NCBI GenBank assembly: GCA_016934555.1
Contig: JAFGSS010000018.1
Coordinates: 1-51,566 of the forward strand
Direction of reading: 5' to 3'
DNA: 51,566 bases
Source: Acidobacteriota bacterium
GTDB lineage: Bacteria; Acidobacteriota; UBA6911
In this document: piece by piece, positions 42,309 through 51,566 of the stretch
How the letters are laid out: each line of letters opens with the position of its first letter
How positions within the stretch are numbered: the first letter of the stretch is position 1
The notes under the pieces: generated by a model
Databases searched by the model: none
Seen by the model: the letters and a program-made list of their open reading frames with translations, nothing else
What the model was told of the DNA's origin: nothing
Position numbers and translations under genes: made by a program

Positions 42309-42599
42309 TCACCTGTAGAAGAGATCGGAAAAGAGCAGCCCGATGACCAGGACCAGCAGCCCCAGGGTGACGAAGACCAGCCCCGTCAGCAGCGGTTTTT
42401 CATACTTCAGGTGCATGAAATAGTAGAAGATCAGCCCCGCCTTGACCGGCGTGATCACCAGCATGGCCCAGACCGACAGGGAGGGATGAAGCGTCGTGCC
42501 CGCCGCGACCAGAGCTCCCGTCAGGCCGAGGAGCACGAGCCAGACGCGGACCAGGGTCCGGTAAGGCATTACGTGGGTTTCCGATCCGGTCCGGTCCAT
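42309..42599 (-). CDS. coxD: Cytochrome c oxidase subunit IV
   Basis: VW..LL.LT, KAGLI..YFMHLKYE. Confidence 0.88.
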   Translation of the reverse strand: MDRTGSETHVMPYRTLVRVWLVLLGLTGALVAAGTTLHPSLSVWAMLVITPVKAGLIFYYFMHLKYEKPLLTGLVFVTLGLLVLVIGLLFSDLFYR

Positions 42600-42608
42600 C
42601 CTCCCCCC

Positions 42609-43226
42609 TCAGGCCGCCAGGTAGAACAGGGGCAGCAGAAACACCCAGATCACGTCGACCAGGTGCCAGTAGAGTCCGGCGTTTTCGAGCTTGTGGTATT
42701 CCCCGCCCGTGATCCGGTGCCGGAGCACGAGCGCCAGCATGACGGCCAGCAGCACGATGCCGGCCATGACGTGGAGCCCGTGCAGCCCCGTCATGCTGTA
42801 GTAGAGCCCGAAGAAGATCTGCTCCCCCTGGGGCCTTCCGGCCAGCAGGGGGGAGTCGGGATAGAAACCCCGGGCGATCTCCCCGCTCCACTCGAAGTAC
42901 TTGTTGACGAGGAAGAGGACCCCCAAAGCGATCGTGCCGGCGAGGCTCGCCAGGGCCCTGCGCCGCTGCCCCGTCCGGAGTGCCGTGATCGAGGCCGCCA
43001 TCGTGAGGCTGCTCGTCAGCAGGATGACGGTGTTCGCGACCCCGATCACGGCGTCGAGGTGGCCGCCGGCCTCGTGGAATTCGTTCGGGTACCGCGCCCG
43101 GTAGGCGGCATAGAGGATGAAGAGCCCCCCGAAGAGCAGGATCTCGGTGAAGAGAAAGAGCCACATCCCGAACCGGGCGCCTTCGTGGTCCACATGCCCC
43201 CCATGGGCCCCCGCGGCCGTGGTCAT
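42609..43226 (-). CDS. coxC: Cytochrome c oxidase subunit III
   Basis: GMWLFLFTEILLFGGLF, NTVILLTSS, MTGLHGLHV, GLYWHLVDVIW. ATG 43226 overlaps the coxA stop. Confidence 0.93.
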   Translation of the reverse strand: MTTAAGAHGGHVDHEGARFGMWLFLFTEILLFGGLFILYAAYRARYPNEFHEAGGHLDAVIGVANTVILLTSSLTMAASITALRTGQRRRALASLAGTIALGVLFLVNKYFEWSGEIARGFYPDSPLLAGRPQGEQIFFGLYYSMTGLHGLHVMAGIVLLAVMLALVLRHRITGGEYHKLENAGLYWHLVDVIWVFLLPLFYLAA

Positions 43227-44839
43227 TCGGAAACCTCCGGGTTGAAGCGGTAGGGGCGCCCCTGGATCTCGGGGATGACGTCGAAATTCTCCGCCGGCGG
43301 AGGGGAACCGATGCGCCATTCGAGCGTCACGCCCCCCCACGGGTTGGACTCGGCCCTTTTTCCCCGCAGCAGGGCCACGACCAGGTTGGCGAAGAAAAGC
43401 ACCAGCCCCGCCGCCAGGATGAAGCTCCCCACGCTCGCGATGACGTGGCCCGTGTGGTACTGCGGCAGGTGGGTGAAATAGCGCCGCGGCATCCCCATGT
43501 ACCCCAGCACCAGCATGCCGAAATAGAGCAGGTTGAAGCCGACGAAGATGGGGGCCCAGGCGAGGTTCGCCACCCTTTCGTTGTAGGTCCGGCCGAACAT
43601 CTTGGGGAACCAGTAGAGGAGCGCGGCGAAAAAGGCCACACCCGTCCCCCCGAACATCACGTAATGGAAATGGCCGACGATGAAATAGGTGTCGTGCAGG
43701 TGGACGTTCACCGCCAGGGCCCCCTGCATCAGCCCCGTCAGCCCGCCGATGGCGAAGAGAAACACGAAGGTGAGCGCATACAGCATCGGGGGCCGGACCT
43801 CGATGGATCCCTTGTAGAGGGTGGAGGTCCAGTTAAAGACCTTGATGGCGCTGGGCACCGCCACGAGAAAGGTGAAGAGGGAGAAGAGGAGGTTGGCCTG
43901 TTCCGACATCCCGCTCGTGAACATGTGGTGGCCCCAGACCAGGGAGCCCAGAAAGGCGATGGCCATCGAGGAATAGGCGATGGCTTTGTACCCGAAAACC
44001 GTGCGATGGGCGAAGGTCGGGAGGATTTCGGTGATGGCCCCCATCGCGGGCAGAATCATGATGTAGACCGCCGGGTGGGAATAGGTCCAGAACAGGTGCT
44101 GGTACAGGATCGGGTCCCCCCCCTTGGCCGGGTCGAACACGCCGATGCCGAACACCCGCTCCGCGATGACGAGCAGGAGCGTGATGCCGACGATGGGGGT
44201 GGCCAGGAGCTGGACCCAGGCGGTTCCGTACAGCGACCAGGCGAACAGCGGCATCCGGTGCCACGTCATGCCCGGGGCCCGCAGCCGGTGGATGGTGGTG
44301 ATGAAATTGAGCCCGGTCAGGATGGAGCTGAACCCCAGCATGAAGACCCCGGTGAGCCCCAGGGTGACGTTCGTGCCGGTGCGGACGCTGAAGGGGACGT
44401 AGAACGTCCACCCGGTGTCGGGGGCCCCGTCCCCCGTGAAGAGGGAGACGAACACGATGACGGTGCCGGCGACGAAGGCGTACCACGACATCAGGTTCAG
44501 GCGCGGGAAGGAGACGTCCCGGGCTCCGATCATGATGGGGAGGAAGAAGTTCCCGAACACGGCCCCGAGCCCCGGCAGGACGAACATGAAGATCATGATG
44601 ACGCCGTGGACCGTGAAGAAGGCGTTGTACACCTGCGGCGCAAACAGCGGCGGGTCGAGCACCAGCTGCTCCACCCGCATGAGCACCCCGATGACGACGG
44701 CGACGAAGAACAGCCCTGTCATGGTGGCCAGGTACAGAATCCCGATCCTCTTGTGGTCGGTGGAAAAAATCCAGCCCGCAATTCCCCCGCGCCCGCCCGT
44801 ATCCAGGTAGCTCGACATCTCAGGCCCCTCCGCGGTCAT
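43223..44839 (-). CDS. coxA: Cytochrome c oxidase subunit I, A2 family
   Basis: DHKRIG, HGVIM, YSHPAVY (A2 signature), WGHHM, HDT..VGHFH, MPRRY; D-channel Asp (GARD) and K-channel Lys present. Confidence 0.96.
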   Translation of the reverse strand: MTAEGPEMSSYLDTGGRGGIAGWIFSTDHKRIGILYLATMTGLFFVAVVIGVLMRVEQLVLDPPLFAPQVYNAFFTVHGVIMIFMFVLPGLGAVFGNFFLPIMIGARDVSFPRLNLMSWYAFVAGTVIVFVSLFTGDGAPDTGWTFYVPFSVRTGTNVTLGLTGVFMLGFSSILTGLNFITTIHRLRAPGMTWHRMPLFAWSLYGTAWVQLLATPIVGITLLLVIAERVFGIGVFDPAKGGDPILYQHLFWTYSHPAVYIMILPAMGAITEILPTFAHRTVFGYKAIAYSSMAIAFLGSLVWGHHMFTSGMSEQANLLFSLFTFLVAVPSAIKVFNWTSTLYKGSIEVRPPMLYALTFVFLFAIGGLTGLMQGALAVNVHLHDTYFIVGHFHYVMFGGTGVAFFAALLYWFPKMFGRTYNERVANLAWAPIFVGFNLLYFGMLVLGYMGMPRRYFTHLPQYHTGHVIASVGSFILAAGLVLFFANLVVALLRGKRAESNPWGGVTLEWRIGSPPPAENFDVIPEIQGRPYRFNPEVSE

Positions 44840-44848
44840 TTTCCGCCC

Positions 44849-45652
44849 TCATTCAGAGTCTCCGCCCCGGGAAGCGGAGCGCGTCCCCCTCCTGGACCGC
44901 CGGAGGACCAGGACGACAAACACCACGACGAGGAGGAGGATGAGGCCCCCCGCCAGGCGCGTCACGCTCAGGACATAGGTCCGCCCCTCGGGATCGTAGG
45001 TGTAGCAGAAAGCCAGCACCCGGGAAATGGTCGGGCGCACCCGCCCGCCGGCCGCCTCCTTTATGGCCATCTCCACGTCCGCCGGGACATAACTGGTGCC
45101 GTAGATATAGCGGCTGATGATCCCATCGGGCGTCAGCAGGATGATGGCGCCCGGGTGGGCGAACATCTCCCCCTGCCGCAGGTAGCGGTAGCCGGTCGAA
45201 TCGGCCACCTTCCGGGTGTTTTCGCCCGTTCCGGTCAGGAAGCGCCAGGCTCCCGGGGGGAAAGGGCGGCGCATCCGGTTCAGGTAGTTGGCCTTCTTCT
45301 CGCGCGCCAGCACGGGGGTATCGGCGGGGTCGAAGCTGACAGCGACGATGTCGTAGTCCTTTCCCGGCTCCGCCTCGAGCCGGTTCACCACGCTGACCAT
45401 GTTGTTGAGCATCGTGGGACAGATCCCGGGACAGCTGAAATAGTTGAAGATCAGGATCACCGGCCGCTCGTCGAATTGCCCGAGCGTGACCTCCGCGCCG
45501 CTTTCGTCCCGGAGCGGCACATCCAGGGCGACACGCGCGCCCAGCCGCTCGTCGATGCCGACCTCGGCCCTTTCCTTCATCTGACCGCTGCCGGCGGGGA
45601 CGAGCCCCGCGAGCGGCACCAGAAGCGACACCAGCATCCATATTTTTCGCAT
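44849..45652 (-). CDS. SCO/SenC copper chaperone
   Basis: CPGIC (CxxxC), VSFDP, WRFLTG, FAHP His, C-terminal FCY.YDP plus TM. Confidence 0.88.
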   Translation of the reverse strand: MRKIWMLVSLLVPLAGLVPAGSGQMKERAEVGIDERLGARVALDVPLRDESGAEVTLGQFDERPVILIFNYFSCPGICPTMLNNMVSVVNRLEAEPGKDYDIVAVSFDPADTPVLAREKKANYLNRMRRPFPPGAWRFLTGTGENTRKVADSTGYRYLRQGEMFAHPGAIILLTPDGIISRYIYGTSYVPADVEMAIKEAAGGRVRPTISRVLAFCYTYDPEGRTYVLSVTRLAGGLILLLVVVFVVLVLRRSRRGTRSASRGGDSE

Positions 45653-45672
45653 TCCCGTTCCCCCCTCCCGCA

Positions 45673-46599
45673 TTATTTCACAGCCACCGGCCTGCGCGCG
45701 ACCAAACGCAGCAGTTCCCGGTGGAGCCGCTCCCACTCCTCCGGCGTCAGCGTGGCCGCGCGGGGTGAAAATCCGTTGCCCGGGATCCCGGGGAGCAGAA
45801 ACGTCGCGAGATCGGCCTCGCTCGGCCGCCACCGGTCGGACCGCGCGAGAACCAGGGAAGCCCGGGAGGGGTCGGCCACCACCCGCCCGAGGATCTCCGA
45901 CCCCGAAAGCTCGAGCGGGGGACCCCCGCCGTCCGCGGCCGCGTTTTCGTCCGCCAGCCGCGCCATCGCCATGCTCACCGGGATCCGGTTCGGCACCCGC
46001 TCCCCCGCCGAGGCGAGCGCGTCCCGGAGCGCCGCGACCGCACCGGCGTCGGCCGATTCGGCCTCCGGGGGGCCGAGCGCCAGGACATGGTGCGCAAGGG
46101 CCATGCGGTCCTTCCGTGAGAGGAAGTCGTAGGGCGTCATCGACGTCTTCGGGATCCCCTCGTCCAGCGTCCGGAAAAGACCCGGAAGATGGCGGCCGTG
46201 GACCCATCCTTCCGGCCCCGCGAGGTTGCGCGGCCGCGGGTTCATCGTTCCCGCGGCCGGCCCGTCCCCCTCCCCGCGCGGGCCGTGGCAGGTGACGCAG
46301 TGGACGGCGTAGAGTTCCTCCCCGCGCGCGCGCAGTTCGGGCGTCGGCTCCATCAGGGAGTCGGGATCGACGGGGGGGATGTCCCTCCCCCGGGCCGGGG
46401 GGAATTCGGTGGGATCGAGCCAGCCCGAATTTCCCGTCACCGGGCGCACCGCCGCCTCGGCCTCGGGGCGGGAGGCGTTGCGCATCCCGGGCACCACGAG
46501 GATGGCGAAGAGCGCGGCCACCGACAGCCCCGCCAGCACGACGGCCAGGGCCGCGAGCAGCCGCCGGAGTTCCTCCCGGTCCAGGTATCGTTCGATCAT
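45673..46599 (-). CDS. Membrane-anchored monoheme cytochrome c
   Basis: N-terminal TM; CVTCHG..G.GDGPAA..MNPRPRN; GIPKTSM. Confidence 0.85.
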   Translation of the reverse strand: MIERYLDREELRRLLAALAVVLAGLSVAALFAILVVPGMRNASRPEAEAAVRPVTGNSGWLDPTEFPPARGRDIPPVDPDSLMEPTPELRARGEELYAVHCVTCHGPRGEGDGPAAGTMNPRPRNLAGPEGWVHGRHLPGLFRTLDEGIPKTSMTPYDFLSRKDRMALAHHVLALGPPEAESADAGAVAALRDALASAGERVPNRIPVSMAMARLADENAAADGGGPPLELSGSEILGRVVADPSRASLVLARSDRWRPSEADLATFLLPGIPGNGFSPRAATLTPEEWERLHRELLRLVARRPVAVK

Positions 46600-47738
46600 A
46601 GCCGGAACTCCAGGCCCTCGCGCAGGAAGGGGTCGCCGACCGGCATCGCCTCGCCTCGGTCCATCAGGCGGCGCACCCACCAGATCCCCCCGGAGAGAAA
46701 GAGCAGGGCGAAGGACAGTTCGGGCCAGCCGAACAGGGGCCCCCCCGCTACGGAGGGGAAGAGCATCCAGTATAGATCCAGCCAGTGCATGGCCAGCATG
46801 AGGAGCGCAACCCCGAAAAGGAGCCGGGGACGGCTCTTGGCGTCACGCGGGATCAGGATCAGAAACGGCACCAGGAAATGGAGCAGCGCCAGGGCCAGCA
46901 GGATCCCCCCCCAGGCGCCGTGGAGGCGTTCCCCGTACCAGAAGACCTCCTCGGGGATATTGGCATACCACATGAGCAGGTACTGCGCGAAGCCGATGTA
47001 GGCCCAGAACACCGTGAAGGCGAAGAGGAACCCGCCGAGATTATGAAGGTGGTCGGGCCCGACGCCGTCGAGCCGCCCCGCGTCCCTCAGGTGAAGGGTG
47101 AAGAGGGTGGTGGCCGCCAGCCCGGCGAGGAAGGCGCCGGCGAAGACATACACCCCGAAGATGTCGCTGTACCACACCGGCTCGAGGCTCGAGATCCAGT
47201 CGAAGGCCGTCACCGTGACGGTGAGCCCCAGGATCACCATGAAGAGGGGGGCGAAGCGGCGGGCGCGGCGGTTGAACCGGGGGTCCCCCGTCTGGTCCTG
47301 ACGCCGCGACCCGCCCACCAGGACCACGTAGGAGACCGTCCAGAGGAGGACGCAGGCCGCGGCCCGGAGGGCGAAAAAGGGCTCGTTGAGCCACCCCGCC
47401 TTTGCTGCGACCAGCGGATCGCGGAGCCCCTCGGCCGACGTCCAGGGGTAGAGGGTCCCGAGCGACAGAAGGCCCACGAGCGCCGCCGCCCCCATCGGCG
47501 GGACCAGGCCCGCGATCGTCTCCGGCACCCGCCGCAGCGGCACGCTCCAGCGCGCCCCCACCACGTGCTCCAGGGCCACCAGGAAGAGGCTGCCGAGCCC
47601 CGTCGTGAGCAGGAACAGGAACCAGAGGACCCAGTTGATCCAGAACCGCTCCCGCTCGCAGAGGAAGAAGGCCGCGGCCACCCCCGCGAGCCCCAGGGCG
47701 CCTGCAAGCATCGTCACCTGCCTGGAGTTTCCTCTCAC
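46596..47738 (-). CDS. actF: Alternative complex III subunit ActF
   Basis: W..PLRRV.E, LYPW, WLNEPFF..R, FDWISSLEP.WYS.IFG, FTVFWAYIGFAQYLLMWYANIPEE. GTG 47738 overlaps the upstream TGA. Confidence 0.88.
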   Translation of the reverse strand: MRGNSRQVTMLAGALGLAGVAAAFFLCERERFWINWVLWFLFLLTTGLGSLFLVALEHVVGARWSVPLRRVPETIAGLVPPMGAAALVGLLSLGTLYPWTSAEGLRDPLVAAKAGWLNEPFFALRAAACVLLWTVSYVVLVGGSRRQDQTGDPRFNRRARRFAPLFMVILGLTVTVTAFDWISSLEPVWYSDIFGVYVFAGAFLAGLAATTLFTLHLRDAGRLDGVGPDHLHNLGGFLFAFTVFWAYIGFAQYLLMWYANIPEEVFWYGERLHGAWGGILLALALLHFLVPFLILIPRDAKSRPRLLFGVALLMLAMHWLDLYWMLFPSVAGGPLFGWPELSFALLFLSGGIWWVRRLMDRGEAMPVGDPFLREGLEFRL

Positions 47739-48883
47739 CGCGCCCCCCCCTGGAAATCGGTGTCGAGCGCGTCGAGCGCCCGCTCGAGCACCCGGACATA
47801 GTGCACCGCCGCCCAGCGCTCCTCCTCGGTGAGATCGGACGAGTAGGGGGGCATGGCGTTTTTGCCGGATACGATGACATGATAGATCGCGCCGTCGGAG
47901 AGTTCGCGCCCGGCACCGGCCGTGAGATGGGTCGGCCGGGCCCCGTAGGCGTCCGTGAGGGAACCCTCCCCGTTCCCCAGGAGGCCGTGGCATACGGCGC
48001 AGTGGGTGTCATAGGCCGCGCGCCCCCGCCGGAATACCGCGGCGCTCCCCGGCAGCGGGTTCACCAGGCCCTCGGAGGCCTCCGCGTTCGGGAGCGGCCG
48101 GGGGGGCGCCCCCTGGCTGACGGTGCCCGCCACCGGGGGCCGCATGCCGGAACCGTCCGCGAAAAACGAGCTCCCCGACTGCGGGTCGAGCCGCGGCTGA
48201 TCGAGCATGTGCGCCATGGGGATCAGGCGGGGAAAGAGCTTGATCCCCCAGTAGGTCGTTCCCGCCGCGGCGAGGCACGCCAGGAGGATCGCGCCGAGCG
48301 CGGCCGCCAGGAGTTTCGGGGAAGCGGGGCCGGGCGCGGGAGGGCGCTCCACCACCTCGATCGCCGCGGCCCCCGCGTCCTCGAGGAGGAGGGCGAGCGC
48401 TTCCGGGTCGAGCGGTTCCCCGGCCGATTCCACCGCCAGGCCGAACCGGTCCCGGGTCAGGAGCGCCATGGACCTCGAGCGGAGCATGGGGTGCCGGAGG
48501 GCGGGCAGGCGGTTGAGCAGCAGCAGCATCCCGAGCCCGGCGGTGAGGGCGGCGAACAGGACGGTGATCTCGAAAAGGATCGGGACGAAGGCTTCCCAGG
48601 AAACCACCGGCTTGCCCGCCGTCACCAGCGGGTAGTCCCACCCGCTGGTCCACAGTTCGAGCACCAGGGCCGAAAGCGCCCCGACGAGGCCCATGACGAA
48701 CACCATCCCCCCGATCGGGGATTTCCGGTAGCCCAGCGCCCGGTCGAGTCCATGCACGGGGTAGGGGGTGTAGGCCTCCAGGCGGTGGCCCGTCCTCCCC
48801 TTCACCTTCCCGATCGCCTCGAGGAGCGCGTCGGGGGTGTCAAACACTCCCAGGACCGAGAAAGGACCCTGCGCGGGATTCAT
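47735..48883 (-). CDS. actDE: Alternative complex III fused ActD-ActE (DUF3341 plus monoheme cytochrome c)
   Basis: EAYTPYPVHGLD, DYPL..GKP..SW.AFVP..FE.TVL; then M.DQP..DP, FF.DG..MR.PV.GTV, CAVCHG, MPPY, RWA.V.YVR.L. Confidence 0.88.
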   Translation of the reverse strand: MNPAQGPFSVLGVFDTPDALLEAIGKVKGRTGHRLEAYTPYPVHGLDRALGYRKSPIGGMVFVMGLVGALSALVLELWTSGWDYPLVTAGKPVVSWEAFVPILFEITVLFAALTAGLGMLLLLNRLPALRHPMLRSRSMALLTRDRFGLAVESAGEPLDPEALALLLEDAGAAAIEVVERPPAPGPASPKLLAAALGAILLACLAAAGTTYWGIKLFPRLIPMAHMLDQPRLDPQSGSSFFADGSGMRPPVAGTVSQGAPPRPLPNAEASEGLVNPLPGSAAVFRRGRAAYDTHCAVCHGLLGNGEGSLTDAYGARPTHLTAGAGRELSDGAIYHVIVSGKNAMPPYSSDLTEEERWAAVHYVRVLERALDALDTDFQGGAR

Positions 48884-50280
48884 CGCTCCCCCTTTCCGGA
48901 ACGGGGCTGGGCCCCCGGGAGGACCATTTTCATCTCCGTGGTGGCGATCACGGGGAGCACCCGGGCAAACAGCAGCACCAGGGAGAAGAAGAGGCCGAAC
49001 GACCCGAGCAGGATGCCGTAGTCCACCAGCGTCGGGCGGTAGACGTGCCACGAGGAGGAGAGGAAGTCCTGGTGCAGGGAGCTGACGATGATGACGAAGC
49101 GCTCGAACCACATCCCGACGGTCACCGCCAGGGAGACAAAGACCATCCCCGCGATGTTGCGCCGGAACCAGCGCAGCCAGAGCAGCTGCGGGATGACGAC
49201 GTTGCAGACGATGGTGATCCAGCCCGCCAGCCCGTAGGTCCCCCCTATGTACTGCCGGAAGGTGTGATGGATGCTCGGGTTCATACTGTACCAGGCGGTG
49301 AACCCCTCGAGGAGATAGGCGTACCCCATCAGGCAGGAGCAGGCCAGGATCACGCGGTTCATCATGTCGAGGTGGTAGGCGGTGATGAGGTGCTCGAGGT
49401 GCATGGTGGAGCGCACCACGACCATGGCCATGACCACCATGGCGAAGCCGGCGAAGACGGCGCCCGCCACGAAATAGGGGGGGAAGATGGTCATGTGCCA
49501 GCCCGGCACCAGCGAGACCGCGAAATCGAAGGAGACCACGCTGTGCACGGACAGGACCAGGCCGGTGGCCAGGCCGGCGATGACGAGGTAGGCCCGCTCG
49601 TAATGGTGCCAGTGCGAGGAGGCCGCGCGCCAGCCGAGGGAAAGGACGGAATAGACGAAGCGGCGGGCCCCGGGCGGGGTCCGGTCCCGGAGCGAGGCCA
49701 GGTCGGGGATGAGGCCGATGTACCAGAAGAGGAGGGAGATGAGGAAGTAGGTGTTGACGGCGAAAACGTCCCAGAGGAGGGGGGAGCGGAAGTTGGGCCA
49801 CATCCCGCGCTGGTTGGGATAGGGGGCGAGCCAGAAGGCGAGCCACGGCCGCCCCACGTGGATGAGGGGGAAGAGCGTGGCGCAGATCACCGCGAAGATC
49901 GTCATCGCCTCGGCGAAGCGCGAAATCGAGTTGCGCCAGCGGGCGCGGAAGAGGAGGAGGATGGCCGAGATCAGGGTGCCGGCGTGGCCGATCCCGACCC
50001 AGAACACGAAGTTGATGATGTCGAACGCCCAGGCGACCGGGATGTTGTTCCCCCAGACCCCGATCCCGGTGGCGATCGTGTAGAGGATGAGGACGATCCC
50101 CAGAAGCGCCGCGGTCGAGGTGACGCCGAAGGCAATGAACCAGGCGAGCGGGGGGCGCCGGCCCACGGGGGTGAGCAGCTGGTCGTCGAGGTCCCCGATG
50201 CGGACCGGCCCCTGGAGCACCGGGGGGGGCCTGAGGGACTCCAGGATCGACGCGCGCGCGGCCGCTGCCGGTCCCGTCAT
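48880..50280 (-). CDS. actC: Alternative complex III subunit ActC (NrfD/PsrC family quinol-site subunit)
   Basis: GIGVWG, NFVFWVGIGHAGTLISA, R.AEAMT, HVGRPW, SPLLWD, SVHSVVSFDFA, WFERF. Confidence 0.93.
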   Translation of the reverse strand: MTGPAAAARASILESLRPPPVLQGPVRIGDLDDQLLTPVGRRPPLAWFIAFGVTSTAALLGIVLILYTIATGIGVWGNNIPVAWAFDIINFVFWVGIGHAGTLISAILLLFRARWRNSISRFAEAMTIFAVICATLFPLIHVGRPWLAFWLAPYPNQRGMWPNFRSPLLWDVFAVNTYFLISLLFWYIGLIPDLASLRDRTPPGARRFVYSVLSLGWRAASSHWHHYERAYLVIAGLATGLVLSVHSVVSFDFAVSLVPGWHMTIFPPYFVAGAVFAGFAMVVMAMVVVRSTMHLEHLITAYHLDMMNRVILACSCLMGYAYLLEGFTAWYSMNPSIHHTFRQYIGGTYGLAGWITIVCNVVIPQLLWLRWFRRNIAGMVFVSLAVTVGMWFERFVIIVSSLHQDFLSSSWHVYRPTLVDYGILLGSFGLFFSLVLLFARVLPVIATTEMKMVLPGAQPRSGKGER

Positions 50281-51566
50281 GATTCCCCCTTCCCGGCGGT
50301 GGGGATCGGATCCGGGTTGACCAAATCCGCCAGGTAGGTCACCTTGGGCCCGATCCCCAGGTCCTCGAGCAAATGGTAGCCGCGCTCGGACGCCGCGAGG
50401 CGGGAGACCCGGCTGGCGGGATCGTTGAGGTCGCCGAACACGATGGCGGAGGCGGGGCACGCGGCGGCGCAGGCGGGAAGGATGTCGCCGTCGGCCAGGG
50501 GGCGCCCCTCCCCCTTCGCCCGCTGTTTCGCCTCCTGGATCCGCTGCACGCAGAAGGTGCATTTTTCCATCACCCCCCGGGGACGGACCGTGACCTCCGG
50601 GTTGTGCACCAGGGTTTCCGGCTCCCTCTTCATCGAGGTGTAGTCGAAGAAGTTGAAGCGCCGGACCTTGAAGGGGCAATTGTTGGAACAGTAGCGCGTC
50701 CCCACGCACCGGTTGTACGCCATCTGGTTCAGCCCGTCGGGACTGTGGGTCGTCGCGTTGACGGGACAGACGATCTCGCAGGGAGCGTTTTCGCACTGCT
50801 GGCACAACATCGGCTGGTGGAGCACCCGGGGGGCTTTCGGGTCCCCCTGGTAGTAGCGGTCGACGCGCAGCCACTGCATGTCCCGGCCGAGCGCCACCTG
50901 CTCCGGGCCGACCACCGGGACGTTGTTTTCGCTCTGGCAGGCGACGACGCAGGCGCTGCAGCCGACGCAGGCGGAAAGATCGATCGCCATGCCCCACTTC
51001 TGTCCCGGGTAGTCGCGCTTCGGGATCAGCGACGCCGTGGCATGGGCTTCCGGGTGGTGTCCCGCCCGGCCCGCCCCGGCGGCGAATTCGGCCAGGGTCC
51101 ACGACTGCACCGGGCGCCGCGGTTCCATGCGCGGGTGCGTCTGCCTGCGGACGACGGCGCCCCTTTTCCCCTTCCCCGCCGGGAGGATGCGGATCCCGGG
51201 GACCAGGCAGGGGGACCCGGACCGGGAATCGGCCAGGCGGAACGCGTTGACCCCGATCCCTGCGGCCACGCTCCCCGTGCGCCGGCCGTAGCCCAGGGCG
51301 ATGGAGGCTACCCCCGGGGCCTGCCCCGGCTGGACGATGACCGGGGCCTCGAGCGCGGCGCCGCCCGCGGAGAGCTCCACGAGCGCCCCCTCCTCGAGCC
51401 GAAGCCGGTCCGCGTCCTCGGGGGAGAGGAGGAGCGGATTTCCCCAGGTCACCTTGGTGACCGGGTCGGGCAGTTCCTGCAGCCAGCCGTTGTTGCCGTA
51501 GCGGCCGTCGTACACCCCCGTCCCCGGGGAAAGGACCAGTTCCAGTTCCTCCCCGCCGTCCGGGAG
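50277..51566 (-). CDS. actB: Alternative complex III subunit ActB (5' part outside window)
   Basis: Frame is open to the window edge. DGRYGNNGWLQELPDP.TK.TW, CVGCSACVVAC, CQQCENAPCEIVCP, CVGTRYCSNNCP, MEKCTFC. Confidence 0.93.
   Translation of the reverse strand, partial: LPDGGEELELVLSPGTGVYDGRYGNNGWLQELPDPVTKVTWGNPLLLSPEDADRLRLEEGALVELSAGGAALEAPVIVQPGQAPGVASIALGYGRRTGSVAAGIGVNAFRLADSRSGSPCLVPGIRILPAGKGKRGAVVRRQTHPRMEPRRPVQSWTLAEFAAGAGRAGHHPEAHATASLIPKRDYPGQKWGMAIDLSACVGCSACVVACQSENNVPVVGPEQVALGRDMQWLRVDRYYQGDPKAPRVLHQPMLCQQCENAPCEIVCPVNATTHSPDGLNQMAYNRCVGTRYCSNNCPFKVRRFNFFDYTSMKREPETLVHNPEVTVRPRGVMEKCTFCVQRIQEAKQRAKGEGRPLADGDILPACAAACPASAIVFGDLNDPASRVSRLAASERGYHLLEDLGIGPKVTYLADLVNPDPIPTAGKGES

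Overview
This is a GC-rich (roughly 65-70% by eye) bacterial chromosomal core region. I infer an Acidobacteriota-like diderm from the Gly-insert TolC type, the mfd-surA adjacency and ACIII/caa3. I saw no tRNA, rRNA, transposase, phage gene or CRISPR array. Gene order: ftsH(partial)-folP-cdaA-cdaR-rfaE2-mfd-surA; NifA-like GAF-AAA+-HTH sigma54 activator-gltB-gltD; CoA transferase; serC; ornithine/lysine decarboxylase plus deoxyhypusine-synthase-like pair; ilvC; metallophosphoesterase; radical SAM; cimA; two tandem TolC paralogs plus PilZ; Fe-S nitroreductase; malic enzyme; fused nfnAB; TonB receptor; trpB2; and an alternative complex III (actB partial, C, DE, F)-cytochrome c-SCO-caa3 (A2-type) oxidase operon. 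The most interesting signals are non-coding. (1) An apparently independently transcribed, highly structured ~270-nt RNA between trpB2 and coxB, with a candidate promoter and its own terminator. (2) A sigma54 promoter with IHF-like and palindromic sites that fires away from the activator-gltBD genes into a stretch with no ORF (candidate nitrogen-regulated sRNA). (3) A complete Ile-sensing leader-peptide attenuator upstream of cimA. All calls come from motif recognition and hand folding; no searches were run.
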